The notes: generated by a model not told the origin, from the sequence alone. A DNA stretch of 63,715 bases, filler included, from Octopus bimaculoides (GCF_001194135.2; 8 parts of 7 records of this genome joined end to end with filler, not necessarily neighbours in it), one strand, 5' to 3'. Shown: positions 24,321 to 35,682, counted from the whole stretch's first letter. A program made the numbers and translations.

Positions 24321-25289
24321 AAAATAGACTTTCGAATATATGTTTGCATATATATATATATATATANNNNNNNNNNNNNNNNNNNNNNNNNNNNNNNNNN
24401 NNNNNNNNNNNNNNNNNNNNNNNNNNNNNNNNNNNNNNNNNNNNNNNNNNNNNNNNNNNNNNNNNNNNNNNNNNNNNNNNNNNNNNNNNNNNNNNNNNNN
24501 NNNNNNNNNNNNNNNNNNNNNNNNNNNNNNNNNNNNNNNNNNNNNNNNNNNNNNNNNNNTATATATATTTGTATGTATTTATACACACTGTTGTTTAATT
24601 TTTTTTCGATATTTTAAATATCTCAAATTATTTTGTCATTGTTTTTTTCGATGTATAAAAATTTGTTGTTGTTGTTGTTGACGTTGTTTCAGATGGAACT
24701 TAAGCTTGTTGTTGATGTTGTTGTTTACCATTCCGTTTCTACTTTAGCAAAAGGACCTTTCACTCTGATCTTTTCATCAGTAATTTATTACCTGTCATTT
24801 TTGCAGGTGACTTTCCGTGACCTTTAGCTTACGGTTCAGGTGATCTTTAACTTTCCGTTTGTCTACAACCACCACTCGTCAGCAATCTGTATTGAACATC
24901 ACTTTTTTTATTGCAGCAGCTGTTTATTACTACAACTGATTGTAAAGAGGTGAATAAAAAGACAAAAAATAATAAAAAAAACTGAAAAAAATATGTGTCG
25001 AAACAGGAAATAAATATAAGGATTATTACTAAGAACAATACAACAGAATTACAATCCAAAATGGCCGTTCGTCGATACAATGACGTAAAAAGCTGTAATT
25101 TGACAATCTCTTCAATAGATACATTACTAAAACCACTGGGGAGAGCAGTGATAAGCTTTCCAACTGCAGTTCTTGCTTCTGACTTAGGTAAATGACAACA
25201 ATTGACTACGACTTGTGAGGTACTCGTTGCTAAGAGACCCTGCGACTTTTCACGTAACAGGAAAGTGATCTAAAACGATATTGGAAGTC

Positions 25290-25373
25290 GAGAATCTGAT
25301 ATTCTAGAGAATCTGATATTCTAGAGAATCTGATATTCTAGAGAATCTGATATTCTAGAGAATCTGATATTCT
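25290..25373. repeat. 17-bp tandem repeat GAGAATCTGATATTCTA, about 4.9 identical copies
   Basis: Units start at 25290, 25307, 25324, 25341 and 25358. Confidence 0.97.
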
Positions 25374-25586
25374 CTCTTCAGAAACTGATATTGGCTTCTG
25401 CCATGTTTGTTCCTCTATCATAGCCCTCCTTTGTTGTTTTAATGTTTCTGTTCCCACATATTTCTGGAATCCAGTTCCAGCTCTTCATTTCTACCACGAA
25501 TTGTGCTCAGAGATTTTACCAAAGAATCTGTTAGGTCCATCACTTTAGTCAACTTCTTGAAAAGCTTTATTTGTACTGTTAAAAAT

Positions 25587-25979
25587 GTGGAGGCGCAATG
25601 GCCCAGTGGTTAGGGCAGCGGACTCGCGGTCATAGGATCGCTGTTTCGATTCCCAGACCGGGCGTTGTGAGTGTTTATTGAGCGAAAACACCTAAAGCTC
25701 CACGAGGCTCCCGCAGGGGATGGTGGCGGACCCTGCTGTACTCATCCACCACAACTTTCTCTTACTCTTACTTCCTGTTTCTGTTATGCCTGTAATTCAA
25801 AGGGCCAGCCTTGTCACACTGTGTCACGCTGAATATCCCCGAGAGTTACGTTAAGGGTACACGTGTCTGTGGAGTGTTCAGCCACTTGCACGTTAATTTC
25901 ACGAGCAGGCTGTTCCATTGATCGGATCAACTGGAACCCTTGGCGTCGTAAGCGACGGAGTGCCAACAACAACAACAAC
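25587..25979 (+). mobile_element. SINE family A, full length, (CAA)n tail, imperfect TSD
   Basis: Head GTGGAGGCGCAATGGCCCAGTGG (A box) and GTTTCGATTCC (B box). Tail CAACAACAAC. Flanks ACTGTTAAAAAT(GT) and ACTGCTAAAATGT. Confidence 0.95.
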
Positions 25980-26343
25980 TGCTAAAATGTACAAGAACTA
26001 AATTCCAGATCTTAACCACCAGAACACTTTGAAGACGATCCATTTCGTCTGTCAATGTCTGAACTTCATATTTTGCTTCAGTGTCTGCGAGTATATTTTC
26101 GAACGTAGCTCTATCCATCAACGAGGGCATCAGTAACATCGGGGCAAGGATTGGTGAATAGAACCTTAACAATTAGGGCTCCGTCCTTTAACTCGGAAGA
26201 CTTCCAGATATCTGCCCGGCCAAGTGAAGTGATCCCAGTTCTTGACTGACATTTTAATCTCTCCACCTCTGAAGACTGTATGTAAATTTCAAGAGCTACC
26301 ACACGTTTATATGAGTAAAATATATAATAAAAAATAAATACAA

Positions 26344-26740
26344 TAGGCGCAGGTAAGTAGCTTGCTTACCAACCACATAATTCCGGGTTCAGTCCCACTG
26401 CATGGCATCTTGGGCAAGTGTCTTCTACTATAGCCTCAGGCCGTCCAAAGCCTTGTGAGTGGATTTAATAGACGGAAACTGAAAAGAAGTCCGTCGTATA
26501 TATATATATGTATATATGCGGGTGTGTATGTTTGTGTGTGTGTTTGTCCCCCACCATCACTTGACAACTGATTCTGGTGTGTTTCCGTCCCCGTAACTTA
26601 GCGGTTCGGCAAAAGAGACCGATAGAATAAGTACTAGGCTTACAAAGAATAAGTCCTGGGGTCGATTTGATTCGACTAAAGGTGGTGCTCCAGCATGGCC
26701 GCAGTCAAATAACTGAAACAAATAAAAAAGAAAAAGAGTA
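26344..26740 (+). mobile_element. SINE family B, near full length, with internal (TA)/(TG) tract
   Basis: GGTTCAGTCCC B-box-like head, CTTGGGCAAGTGTCTTCT core, 3' end GGTGCTCCAGCATGGCCGCAGTC..A-rich tail. Partial copies at 30925-31066, 33700-33815, 42967-43064, 47553-47670, 48993-49050, 59300-59410 and 60830-60890. Confidence 0.9.
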
Positions 26741-27062
26741 CAATAAAAATACAATAATAATAATAATAATAAAAATTGATGTCTCTCAGTCTGACGCTCC
26801 ACCGCTTTTTTCCAATTTTAGACCTTACTGGGCTTTCATAATGGGGATATCTTTTCGAACTTTTCTCAAAAGAATTTTCTTTAAAAACGGTATAAAGAAC
26901 TCTTTATAAATCATGAATAGCAGTACGTAGTCAGCGCGTGGGTGCGCAAATATATATGTATATGTGTGTGTGTGTGTGTTTGTGTGAGAGTATTTATGTA
27001 TATGTATATATATGTATCTATCTATACACGCTCTGTCGCTAACATACTTTAGAATTAGATTA

Positions 27063-27246
27063 CACGGTGGCAACCTGTAATTATGCCAAGCCGCCAGTTT
27101 CACGATGGTAAATATTTGAGTTGGACGGGGAAAATGTTTTGTCCGATAGTCAGTGGTGGTCATTAATTGGATATAAAATTTTTGTAATCAGTTTGAATGT
27201 TTACCGGGAAACTAGTCGTTTGGCATAATTACAGGTTGCCGCCGTG
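27063..27246. mobile_element. MITE-like element of 184 bp with approx. 52-bp terminal inverted repeats
   Basis: Left arm CACGGTGGCAACCTGTAATTATGCCAAGCCGCCAGTTTC..GGTAAATATT versus reverse-complemented right arm CACGGCGGCAACCTGTAATTATGCCAAACGACTAGTTTCCCGGTAAACATT. TA on the left flank, TC on the right. Confidence 0.8.
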
Positions 27247-27520
27247 TCTCAAATTTTTCACAATTGTATTTATTTTATTGTACACCGCATTATGACTAAC
27301 AATTATTCGAGTGTGTGTGTGAGTGTGTATGTCGGTATGCACATACATACATATATATATGTGGCGCTGTCGATATGTGGGAGGCATTGATCTAATGTAT
27401 CGCACGAACATTTGAACACTATAAGCAAATATCATCTGCGCAGGTTTCTCAGCAAGCCGGCGGCTCAATGCGATCCTGTGTTTATAATGAACACTCATTT
27501 TGCATTTACGACAGCAGAGT

Positions 27521-27576
<56 letters not shown>

Positions 27577-27761
27577 CAGGCACGTGCTGCCAGTATTTAC
27601 TCAGGGTCAGCAGTTGGTGACCTTTATGTAGTAAAACACAAAAAATAAGTGAAACACAGAAGCGTGACTGAGCTCTTTACCACTTATTTCTAGCATAGAT
27701 CGCTGACCACTACATTTATATTTGTTCTCTCTTTGTTTTTCTCCTTGTTTTTCTCCTAATT

Positions 27762-27797
27762 TCTTTCTGTTGAAGAGCGTAGGCTCGAAACGTTAAA
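27762..27797 (+). ncRNA. Minimal type-I hammerhead ribozyme-like motif with variant core, inside a short repeat (approx. 27640-27889)
   Basis: UCUUU-CUGUUGA-A-GAGC(GUAG)GCUC-GAAACGUU-AAAGA: stem I 5 bp, stem II 4 bp, palindromic ACGU in place of stem III. Related copies at 50341-50378 and 56231-56265. Confidence 0.55.
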
Positions 27798-28515
27798 GAC
27801 TTTCTCTATTCCCGAGCGTTAAACTAATACATCCTTTTTGTTGTTTACACCACCTGTCCTCGTCTGTTGTGTTTTTCGTAAATTCTCCCATATATATATA
27901 TATATATATAAAATAACAATATGTGGATTGTTGTTCACACTTTACAACTATATCTGACGTGTTCTTATTTTATTGTTGAATAGAATTATTACATCACGCG
28001 AAAAAAAACCCCCGTTTTCATCAGGCGAATATATGTATGGATTAAACATTTCAAAACATCCAAAATTCCAAAGCAAATACCATTTTGTGACTCTTCGACC
28101 AAAATTCGGTCAGAGAGTGATTAAACAACTCTAGTTTGTAGCTTATAAAGAGCAGCCCTTAGGTGGCACTAATGGGGAGGGAAGTGAAATGTTATTATAG
28201 TAGAAAGATGGATAGGGAATAAGGAACAAAAAGGGTATCGCACGTTCTGTGTCATAAGAGTTATAAATAAGATAAGGTTATTTTATTTGATTTCAGTCTG
28301 TATATAACTAGATGACAGAGGTGCGACGCAAAAATCATTAAAAGATGATAAAAATCGAAGGCTGAAGGACAGACCTTTATATACGCAAATATATACATTT
28401 GTGTACGACGATTCAGGTAAGGAAATATAATAATAAATTTACTTACACATGTCCAGACACATCCTATTTATCCTCCTATGCGTACAGTGACAAAACATAC
28501 ATAAAAATGTACTCC

Positions 28516-28620
<105 letters not shown>

Positions 28621-28716
28621 TCATATCTACAATCACATATATTCACCCACATATCTATCAATCTATCTGTTTGTCTGTCTGTCTGTCTGTCTGCTTGTCT
28701 GTCTATATATCTATCG

Positions 28717-28829
<113 letters not shown>

Positions 28830-28874
28830 CATCCAGATAGATAGATAGATAGTTCGATAGATAGATAGTTCGGT

Positions 28875-28950
28875 AGATCACTGCCTGGAATCGAACTTGA
28901 AATCTTGGGGTTAGTAGCCCGAGCTCTTAACCACTATGCTATATGCTCGT
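28875..28950 (-). mobile_element. tRNA-like SINE head (not a functional tRNA)
   Basis: Minus strand reads ACGAGCATATAGCATAGTGGTTAAGAGCTCGGGCTACTAACCCCAAGATTTCAAGTTCGATTCCAGGCAGTG. A and B boxes present, acceptor stem does not pair. Confidence 0.7.
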
Positions 28951-28970
28951 GGGTTCGAAATTTTCCCCAA

Positions 28971-29011
28971 GACACCTGATGAAGGCTGGAGGGTATATCA
29001 GCCGAAACGTT
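28971..29011 (+). ncRNA. Minimal hammerhead ribozyme motif, canonical core, PLE-type
   Basis: GACAC-CUGAUGA-A-GGCUG(GAGGGUAUAU)CAGCC-GAAACGUU. The 3' strand of stem I is not present in this copy (AACAAC follows), so it is probably defective. Confidence 0.65.
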
Positions 29012-30409
29012 AACAACAAACAAGATGAGGACAAATATCCGTCAAATGTAAATAATGTAAATAATTCCTCATCTCTTAAATATAGAACTGTATTAAACTC
29101 GTTTAGCGTTTACTTGTTTCANNNNNNNNNNNNNNNNNNNNNNNNNNNNNNNNNNNNNNNNNNNNNNNNNNNNNNNNNNNNNNNNNNNNNNNNNNNNNNN
29201 NNNNNNNNNNNNNNNNNNNNNNNNNNNNNNNNNNNNNNNNNNNNNNNNNNNNNNNNNNNNNNNNNNNNNNNNNNNNNNNNNNNNNNNNNNNNNNNNNNNN
29301 NNNNNNNNNNNNNNNNNNNNNNNNNNNNNNNNNNNNNNNNNNNNNNNNNNNNNNNNNNNNNNNNNNNNNNNNNNNNNNNNNNNNNNNNNNNNNNNNNNNN
29401 NNNNNNNNNNNNNNNNNNNNNNNNNNNNNNNNNNNNNNNNNNNNNNNNNNNNNNNNNNNNNNNNNNNNNNNNNNNNNNNNNNNNNNNNNNNNNNNNNNNN
29501 NNNNNNNNNNNNNNNNNNNNNNNNNNNNNNNNNNNNNNNNNNNNNNNNNNNNNNNNNNNNNNNNNNNNNNNNNNNNNNNNNNNNNNNNNNNNNNNNNNNN
29601 NNNNNNNNNNNNNNNNNNNNNNNNNNNNNNNNNNNNNNNNNNNNNNNNNNNNNNNNNNNNNNNNNNNNNNNNNNNNNNNNNNNNNNNNNNNNNNNNNNNN
29701 NNNNNNNNNNNNNNNNNNNNNNNNNNNNNNNNNNNNNNNNNNNNNNNNNNNNNNNNNNNNNNNNNNNNNNNNNNNNNNNNNNNNNNNCACACACACACAC
29801 ACACACACACACTAAAACAAATGCATCATGCAATTTTTTCCTCTTCAGATTTGCGTTGGATTTCATATTCCAGGCACCATACGGGTCTCGTACCATAAAT
29901 TAAGCACGAAGAACAGAAAACACAAGTTGTTTTTGTTGTTCCTTCTTTTTTCTCCTTTTTTTTTTTTTTTTTTCGGGTAGTAAATTTAAACATGTTTTAA
30001 TGGTCTGTAAACAAGATGCTATTAGTTCTGCTTTATAATTAAATTGCCTGAGGGATTAAATATGGTCGTTTCATAGCATGATGTTCTGTAATATTTTCGT
30101 TGTTACTCTTATCGTTGTTGTTGTTGTTGTTATTGTTATCGTCATCATTGAATAATATTTTCATGGTATTTGCTTCGTTGTCAGCACACTGCACATAATT
30201 TATTTTGACACACAGGCATACATACACATATCCATGCAGACACACATACAGGAATACCACAATACACACGCTCACAAGATGTAAATGAAGAGTAGCGAAA
30301 CAGGGCATCTACTCAGCTTTTCCAAAATGCTAGAAATAGTAGTCAAATCTCTCTCAATAGACAGAGTATTGTTTAAAACTAGAAATGATAAATTGGCCAC
30401 ACACACACA

Positions 30410-30460
<51 letters not shown>

Positions 30461-30886
30461 GTTGTTGTTTTTGGCACTCCGTCGCTTACGACGTCGAGGA
30501 TTCCAGTTGATCCGATCAACGGAACAGTCTGTTCGTGAAATTAACGTGCAAGTGGCTGAGCACTCCACAGACACGTGTACTCTTAACGTAGTTCTCGGGG
30601 ATATTCAGCGTGACACAGTGTGACAAGGCTGACCCTTTGAATTACAGGCACAACAGAAACAGGAAGAAAGANNNNNNNNNNNNNNNNNNNNNNNNNNNNN
30701 NNNNNNNNNNNNNNNNNNNNNNNNNNNNNNNNNNNNNNNNNNNNNNNNNNNNNNNNNNNNNNNNNNNNNNNNNNNNNNNNNNNNNTGGAGCTTTAAGTGT
30801 TTTCGCTCAATAAACACTCACAACGCCCGGTCTGGGAATCGAAACCGCGAGTCCGCTACCCTAACCACTGGGCCATTGCGCCTCCA

Positions 30887-30887
<1 letters not shown>
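30461..30887 (-). mobile_element. SINE family A, full length, gap 30672-30785
   Basis: Reverse complement of 25587-25979. 14-bp deletion between the two ACCGCGA motifs of the head relative to 19201-19271. Confidence 0.92.
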
Positions 30888-30927
<40 letters not shown>

Positions 30928-33900
30928 GCGTAGGAGTGGCGGTGTGGTAAGTAGCTTGCTTACCAACCATATAGTTCCGGTGCGTGGTACCTTGGGCAAA
31001 TGTCTTCTGTTATAGCCTCGGACCGATCAAAGCCTTGTGAGTGGATTTGGTAGACAGAAACTGAAATTGTTGGCCTTGTGTCGAAATTTGAAACCAATAA
31101 TACGCACATTGTTAATTTAATAAAATGCTCTTTGTTTCAATAGCGGATATTAACTGAAATCCTTAATACTGTGATTGTTTTGTTTGCTGATTTTTATGTA
31201 GGAAAAAAGATTTCGACTTAGCTCACAATATACTGTAGTATTTCTTCACTGAGGAGGCCAAAATAGGTTAAAACCTCGGTATCTAACGATCCCGTATTGT
31301 AATTCTGAGTGATTTCTGAGTTTTTAATGCTCAGTCTTTCATTAAAAGTCTATCGGAGACAAAATAAGGCAACTGGCATCACACTAGTTTTGTATATACA
31401 ATGTATATTTTACAGAAATCGTAACTTTAATCTAATGCTGCTTCAAGTGCGCACATACTTACATACCTACATACGTATGTGTGTATGAGTTGTTATATAT
31501 GTATAAATATATGCATACACGTATAATTATGTAGATGTATATTTATACCTGTATATGCATATATGTTTATATGCCTGCGCCTGTGTCTGCGTATGAGGAA
31601 CTGCTTGTATGTGCGTGCGTGCGTGTGTGTGTGTGTGTATGTGTGTGTGTTTGAAGCTGAATAGTCACACCATCACCTCTTAGAATTTCCTGCTTTTGCT
31701 TTAATACATTTTAGTCGACTAAATAAATACAACCAGATTTGACTTATGGCGTCGTAATGAAGTTATCGGCAGCTTTGAACAAATAAATAACCTCAACTCG
31801 TATATTTTATTCTCCTTGTCAGCACAGACCACGTATGATCATATTCCACAGCACACACATAACTCCCCACCTCCAACAAACTCGATGTCGTTTATCAGTG
31901 TATTATATAATATAATATATAATAATTAAAGGCCTATACGCTACGCATGTGCACTCGTTTCTCTGTAGCACTAGAAGGTTTTCAAGCCTCGTTGACATTT
32001 TGTCATTATTCCAGTATGTAAGTTTTTTGTATCAAAAGGACAAAGGAGAGGCAGCCATTTGATAGAATCGGGAGCAGTTCTTATTAGAGAGTGTTAAGTA
32101 GCGGCCATAGAAAATATAACGATAAAGTAGAAGAGAAATAAAAGAAAATAAGAAAAAAAGAGAAAGAAGGAAAAATGAAGTAAATGATTGTTATAAGTTT
32201 TGTCAATCAAATGTCATATATTTTCAGCGTCTACGCTGTTTATAAATTTATTTAATTTTCTTTTTAAAGCAATCATATGTACTATTATCTGTACTATGAC
32301 TTAGAATGTGAGACATAACAGATAAAAATTCTACCATGATTGCATCAATAAAATGTTAAACTAAGAATGTATATTATATTAATTACGAGACCTAAAAGAT
32401 AAAAGAAATATTATTTTGGTTATATCAAGCATTTAAATATTACATCATAACTAAAATTAAAATGATTATATATAGTGGTGAGGATACTAACATTGACGTG
32501 AATGGTGAATTTGATGTTTAAAAGGTAGGGGTAGATTTTAAACTGAATGGATGAATATTTTAGAGGAAGTATGGCACAAAAGTATGTATTTATCTCTCCT
32601 CGATCTCAAATTAGATCCTTGCAAAGATTTGCATTTTTACAAGATTTATGAGAGTTTGCCAATTCCTCAAATACAGTTGAAGACAACATTTGACAATCCC
32701 TCGTCAACAAAATTAAGGTATTTCAATAACACAATATATTTTCTTGAACAAACCTTCGATGAACCAAATTAAATGTAAATGAAAATGTAGCAACTAAATC
32801 AAATTGTCCGATTGATTCTTAATCTAAACAAAAAACTTACTGCAAAATACTTAACAAAAATATACACATGACTTACCTTAGCCCCTTTCAAAACACGCTA
32901 TGACTAATATGCCCACACATTTCGCAACACATCCACGATTAATAAATGGGCTTTGAAATGTAAGCATACAAAGTAAGATTTTCCTACACTAATACTTGCT
33001 TCAAATCTTTCACTCTGTACGGAATGTAAGCCATCGACGACTTTCCTGCACTGTTCTTTTTGTTTTTCAGTTGTCATCGATGTTTCTGCTACTTGGCGTC
33101 TTTCATGATAAGCAAAACCAGTTTTAACTCTGGTAAGAAGTAGTTACAAAAGTCTGGTCTCTACTCTTTGACTTTCCCAGCATGGAAGGTCTGGCCAGGA
33201 TATGACGCTCTACTGGCATAACTCTCGGGGTCATTGAGGCACATAAGCCACAACATTGAAACAAGGATTGGACCTTGTTGTTGTGCTATGCTAATAGAAG
33301 ACCGTAAATTGTATTAGCAGCAGGAAAAAATGTGAAACAAAATTCCCCAATTTCTCACATTTAATAAGTACAAGAACATATTCTAAAATAGAGATATTTT
33401 ATCCCAACACAAAATATTCAAATAATACCCGCCTAGAAGAGGTACTATACACACCAGAAGAGGTACTATACACCCGCATACCCTCAGTTAAATTTCCTTC
33501 ACGCTCAACATATATACATGAGGGTCCGCTTATGTGAAGGGACTGAGTATGTTTAACTAAATTTAAACGATAGTCAAAAAACCTTGAATTTCGTTAAAAT
33601 GAAAAGCATTCTGTGAACCTAATCAAAAGGTCGATGAGAAAAAGATGGTATTGTAACAACATTTTCTCAGGTTCAATACCACAACGCAACACCGTTTAAC
33701 AGGCGGTGTCGGTGGGTGTACGTCCTCGTAACTTAGCAGCTCGGTGAAAGGAATCGATAGAATAAGTAAGACGCTGAAAAAGAACAGTGAGTGACTGCAA
33801 CAAGTAAAAGAAAGAAAAAAAACGAAGACATATACCACCCCACCCCCTAAACCTCAATGCTAAATACCCCTCGTCTATACATTCCAAAATCTACCTTCTC

Positions 33901-34259
33901 CATCATCTTTTCCTCGCATCCATTATTCACTCCAACGTTAGAAGCAGCGATATTTCAAAATTTAAATTTTAATTACGATAAAATATTTAAATGCTTAATA
34001 ATAATAATTTTTATCTTTTAAGTCTCGTAGTTAATATAATATAATTGTTAATTAAATATTTTATTAATATCATTATGATAACAGTTCTCAAATGCTAAGC
34101 TGCGTATGATACAGATGATAGCACAAGGATTTTTAATGGTTAAAAGGAAGAATTCGTTAAAAGTTGAAAATGACGGAAAGTGAAAAGCATTGGCGAGAAA
34201 ATTACCAACGACAATAAATAGATAAGAATTATAACAGTTTGGTCTTTCTTACTTTCATT

Positions 34260-34437
34260 TCTCCTCCTCTCTCTCTCCGTCTCTCTCTCTCCGTCTCTCT
34301 CTCTCCGTCTCTCTCTCTCCGTCTCTCTCTCTCTCTCTCCCATGCTTTTTCTTTCGCTTGCTCTCTCCTTTTCTCTTTATTTAATTCGCCCTCTTCTTTC
34401 TTCTTTGTCTCTTTATTTCTTTCCTTCTTTCTTGCCT

Positions 34438-34525
<88 letters not shown>

Positions 34526-34542
34526 TTTTCCTTCTTTCTAAT

Positions 34543-34605
<63 letters not shown>

Positions 34606-34630
34606 GTCTTTCTTTCTTTCTTTCCCTCTC
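34260..34630. repeat. (CTCTCTCTCCGT)n and (TTTC)n polypyrimidine tracts
   Basis: Directly visible. Confidence 0.95.
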
Positions 34631-34668
34631 TCTTTCACACACACACACACACATGTGCGTGTGTTGTA

Positions 34669-35393
34669 TACATAAGAGGAAGAGTCAAAGATTAAATGCA
34701 CTCTTGTGTTTTTAAATGTATTTACACAAAAGCAGACGATAAACAAGTACGCCATTTTAAAAAATATAATCTCCTTCCTATTCGATGCACTTGGTCCAGC
34801 AGTCTGCAATCTTGCGTATTCCCTCCAAGAAGAAGGTTTTCGGTTGGTCGTGCAACCGTCTACTCACCACTTCCTTCATATATTCATGCGCAGGAAATCG
34901 ACGACCTCGTAAACTATCTTTGAGCAGGCCAAAGATATGACAGTCGCAAGGAGCGAGATCTAGGCTATAGGCAGGGTATTCCAGCACCTCAAAATCCAAT
35001 TGGTTAATGGTTCCAATCGTCTGGGCGGCCGTGTGTGGGCGTGCATTGTCATGCAACAATAAAGCTTTTTTCGACAATAGGCTTCGGCATTTGGTGCGAA
35101 TTGCTGGTTTCAGTTTGTTGGACAGCAAAGCAGGGTGTCTTACATTGTAGATCGTACACATCCTTTTTCCAGAGAAATCGGATCATTGCTCTCTGTTCTT
35201 CTTTGGTACACATTGCTAGTGCAGCGGCTATGCTTACACTGTAAAGCCAGAAAGAAAAATGGCGCGACCAGGCTCAAACGTCGATCACGTGACCACAATA
35301 ATACCAACTACAAGCACGCATGTGCAGAAGGCAGTATGACAATAATATAGATGTTATGGCGTGAGGCCGAATTATTTAAAACTTCCCCTCGTA
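34669..35393 (-). mobile_element. Internally deleted mariner element
   Basis: N-terminal TKEEQRAMIRFLWKKG (about 35210->35160) joined to C-terminal LLLHDNARPHTA..EYPAYSLDLAPCDCHIFGLLKDSLRGRRF..WTKCIE*. TACGAGGGG-type end at 35385-35393, weak partner end at 34669. Confidence 0.85.
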
Positions 35394-35592
35394 TATATAT
35401 ATATATATATATAATATAAATAATATATAAATATATGCATATATCCATACAAACATGTACATACCTACATCTATATGTATACATACATGCATGGGTATAT
35501 GCATATATTTATATATTATTTAGATTATTATATGATCGAACGCCACGCATCCTTTTCCAAGTAAGTTTTATCTTATATATGTATATATACAT

Positions 35593-35682
<90 letters not shown>

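Larger units (their letters stand above)
24680..26310 (-). pseudogene. Decayed, unidentified helical/coiled-coil-like coding relic, split by a SINE and a 17-bp tandem expansion
   Basis: Manually joined frames: VALEIYIQSSEVERLK..DGALIVKVLFTNPCPDVTDALVD/DRATFENILADTEAKYEVQTLTDEMDRLQSVL..[SINE]..KVMDLTDSLVKSLSTIRGRNEELELDS../TLKQQRRAMIEEQTW..LLREKSQGLLATSTSQVVVNCCHLPKSEARTAVGKLITALPSG. Confidence 0.55.

Noticed and set aside
25290-25373. Heat-shock element array in the 17-bp repeat (GAA/TTC motifs)
   Set aside because: Spacing is GAA-7-TTC and TTC-4-GAA, not the 2-bp spacing of alternating nGAAn pentamers.
28156-28170. CTCF-like motif CCCTTAGGTGGCACT
   Set aside because: Two mismatches to consensus. 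A single such hit in 64 kb is not significant without ChIP or conservation data.
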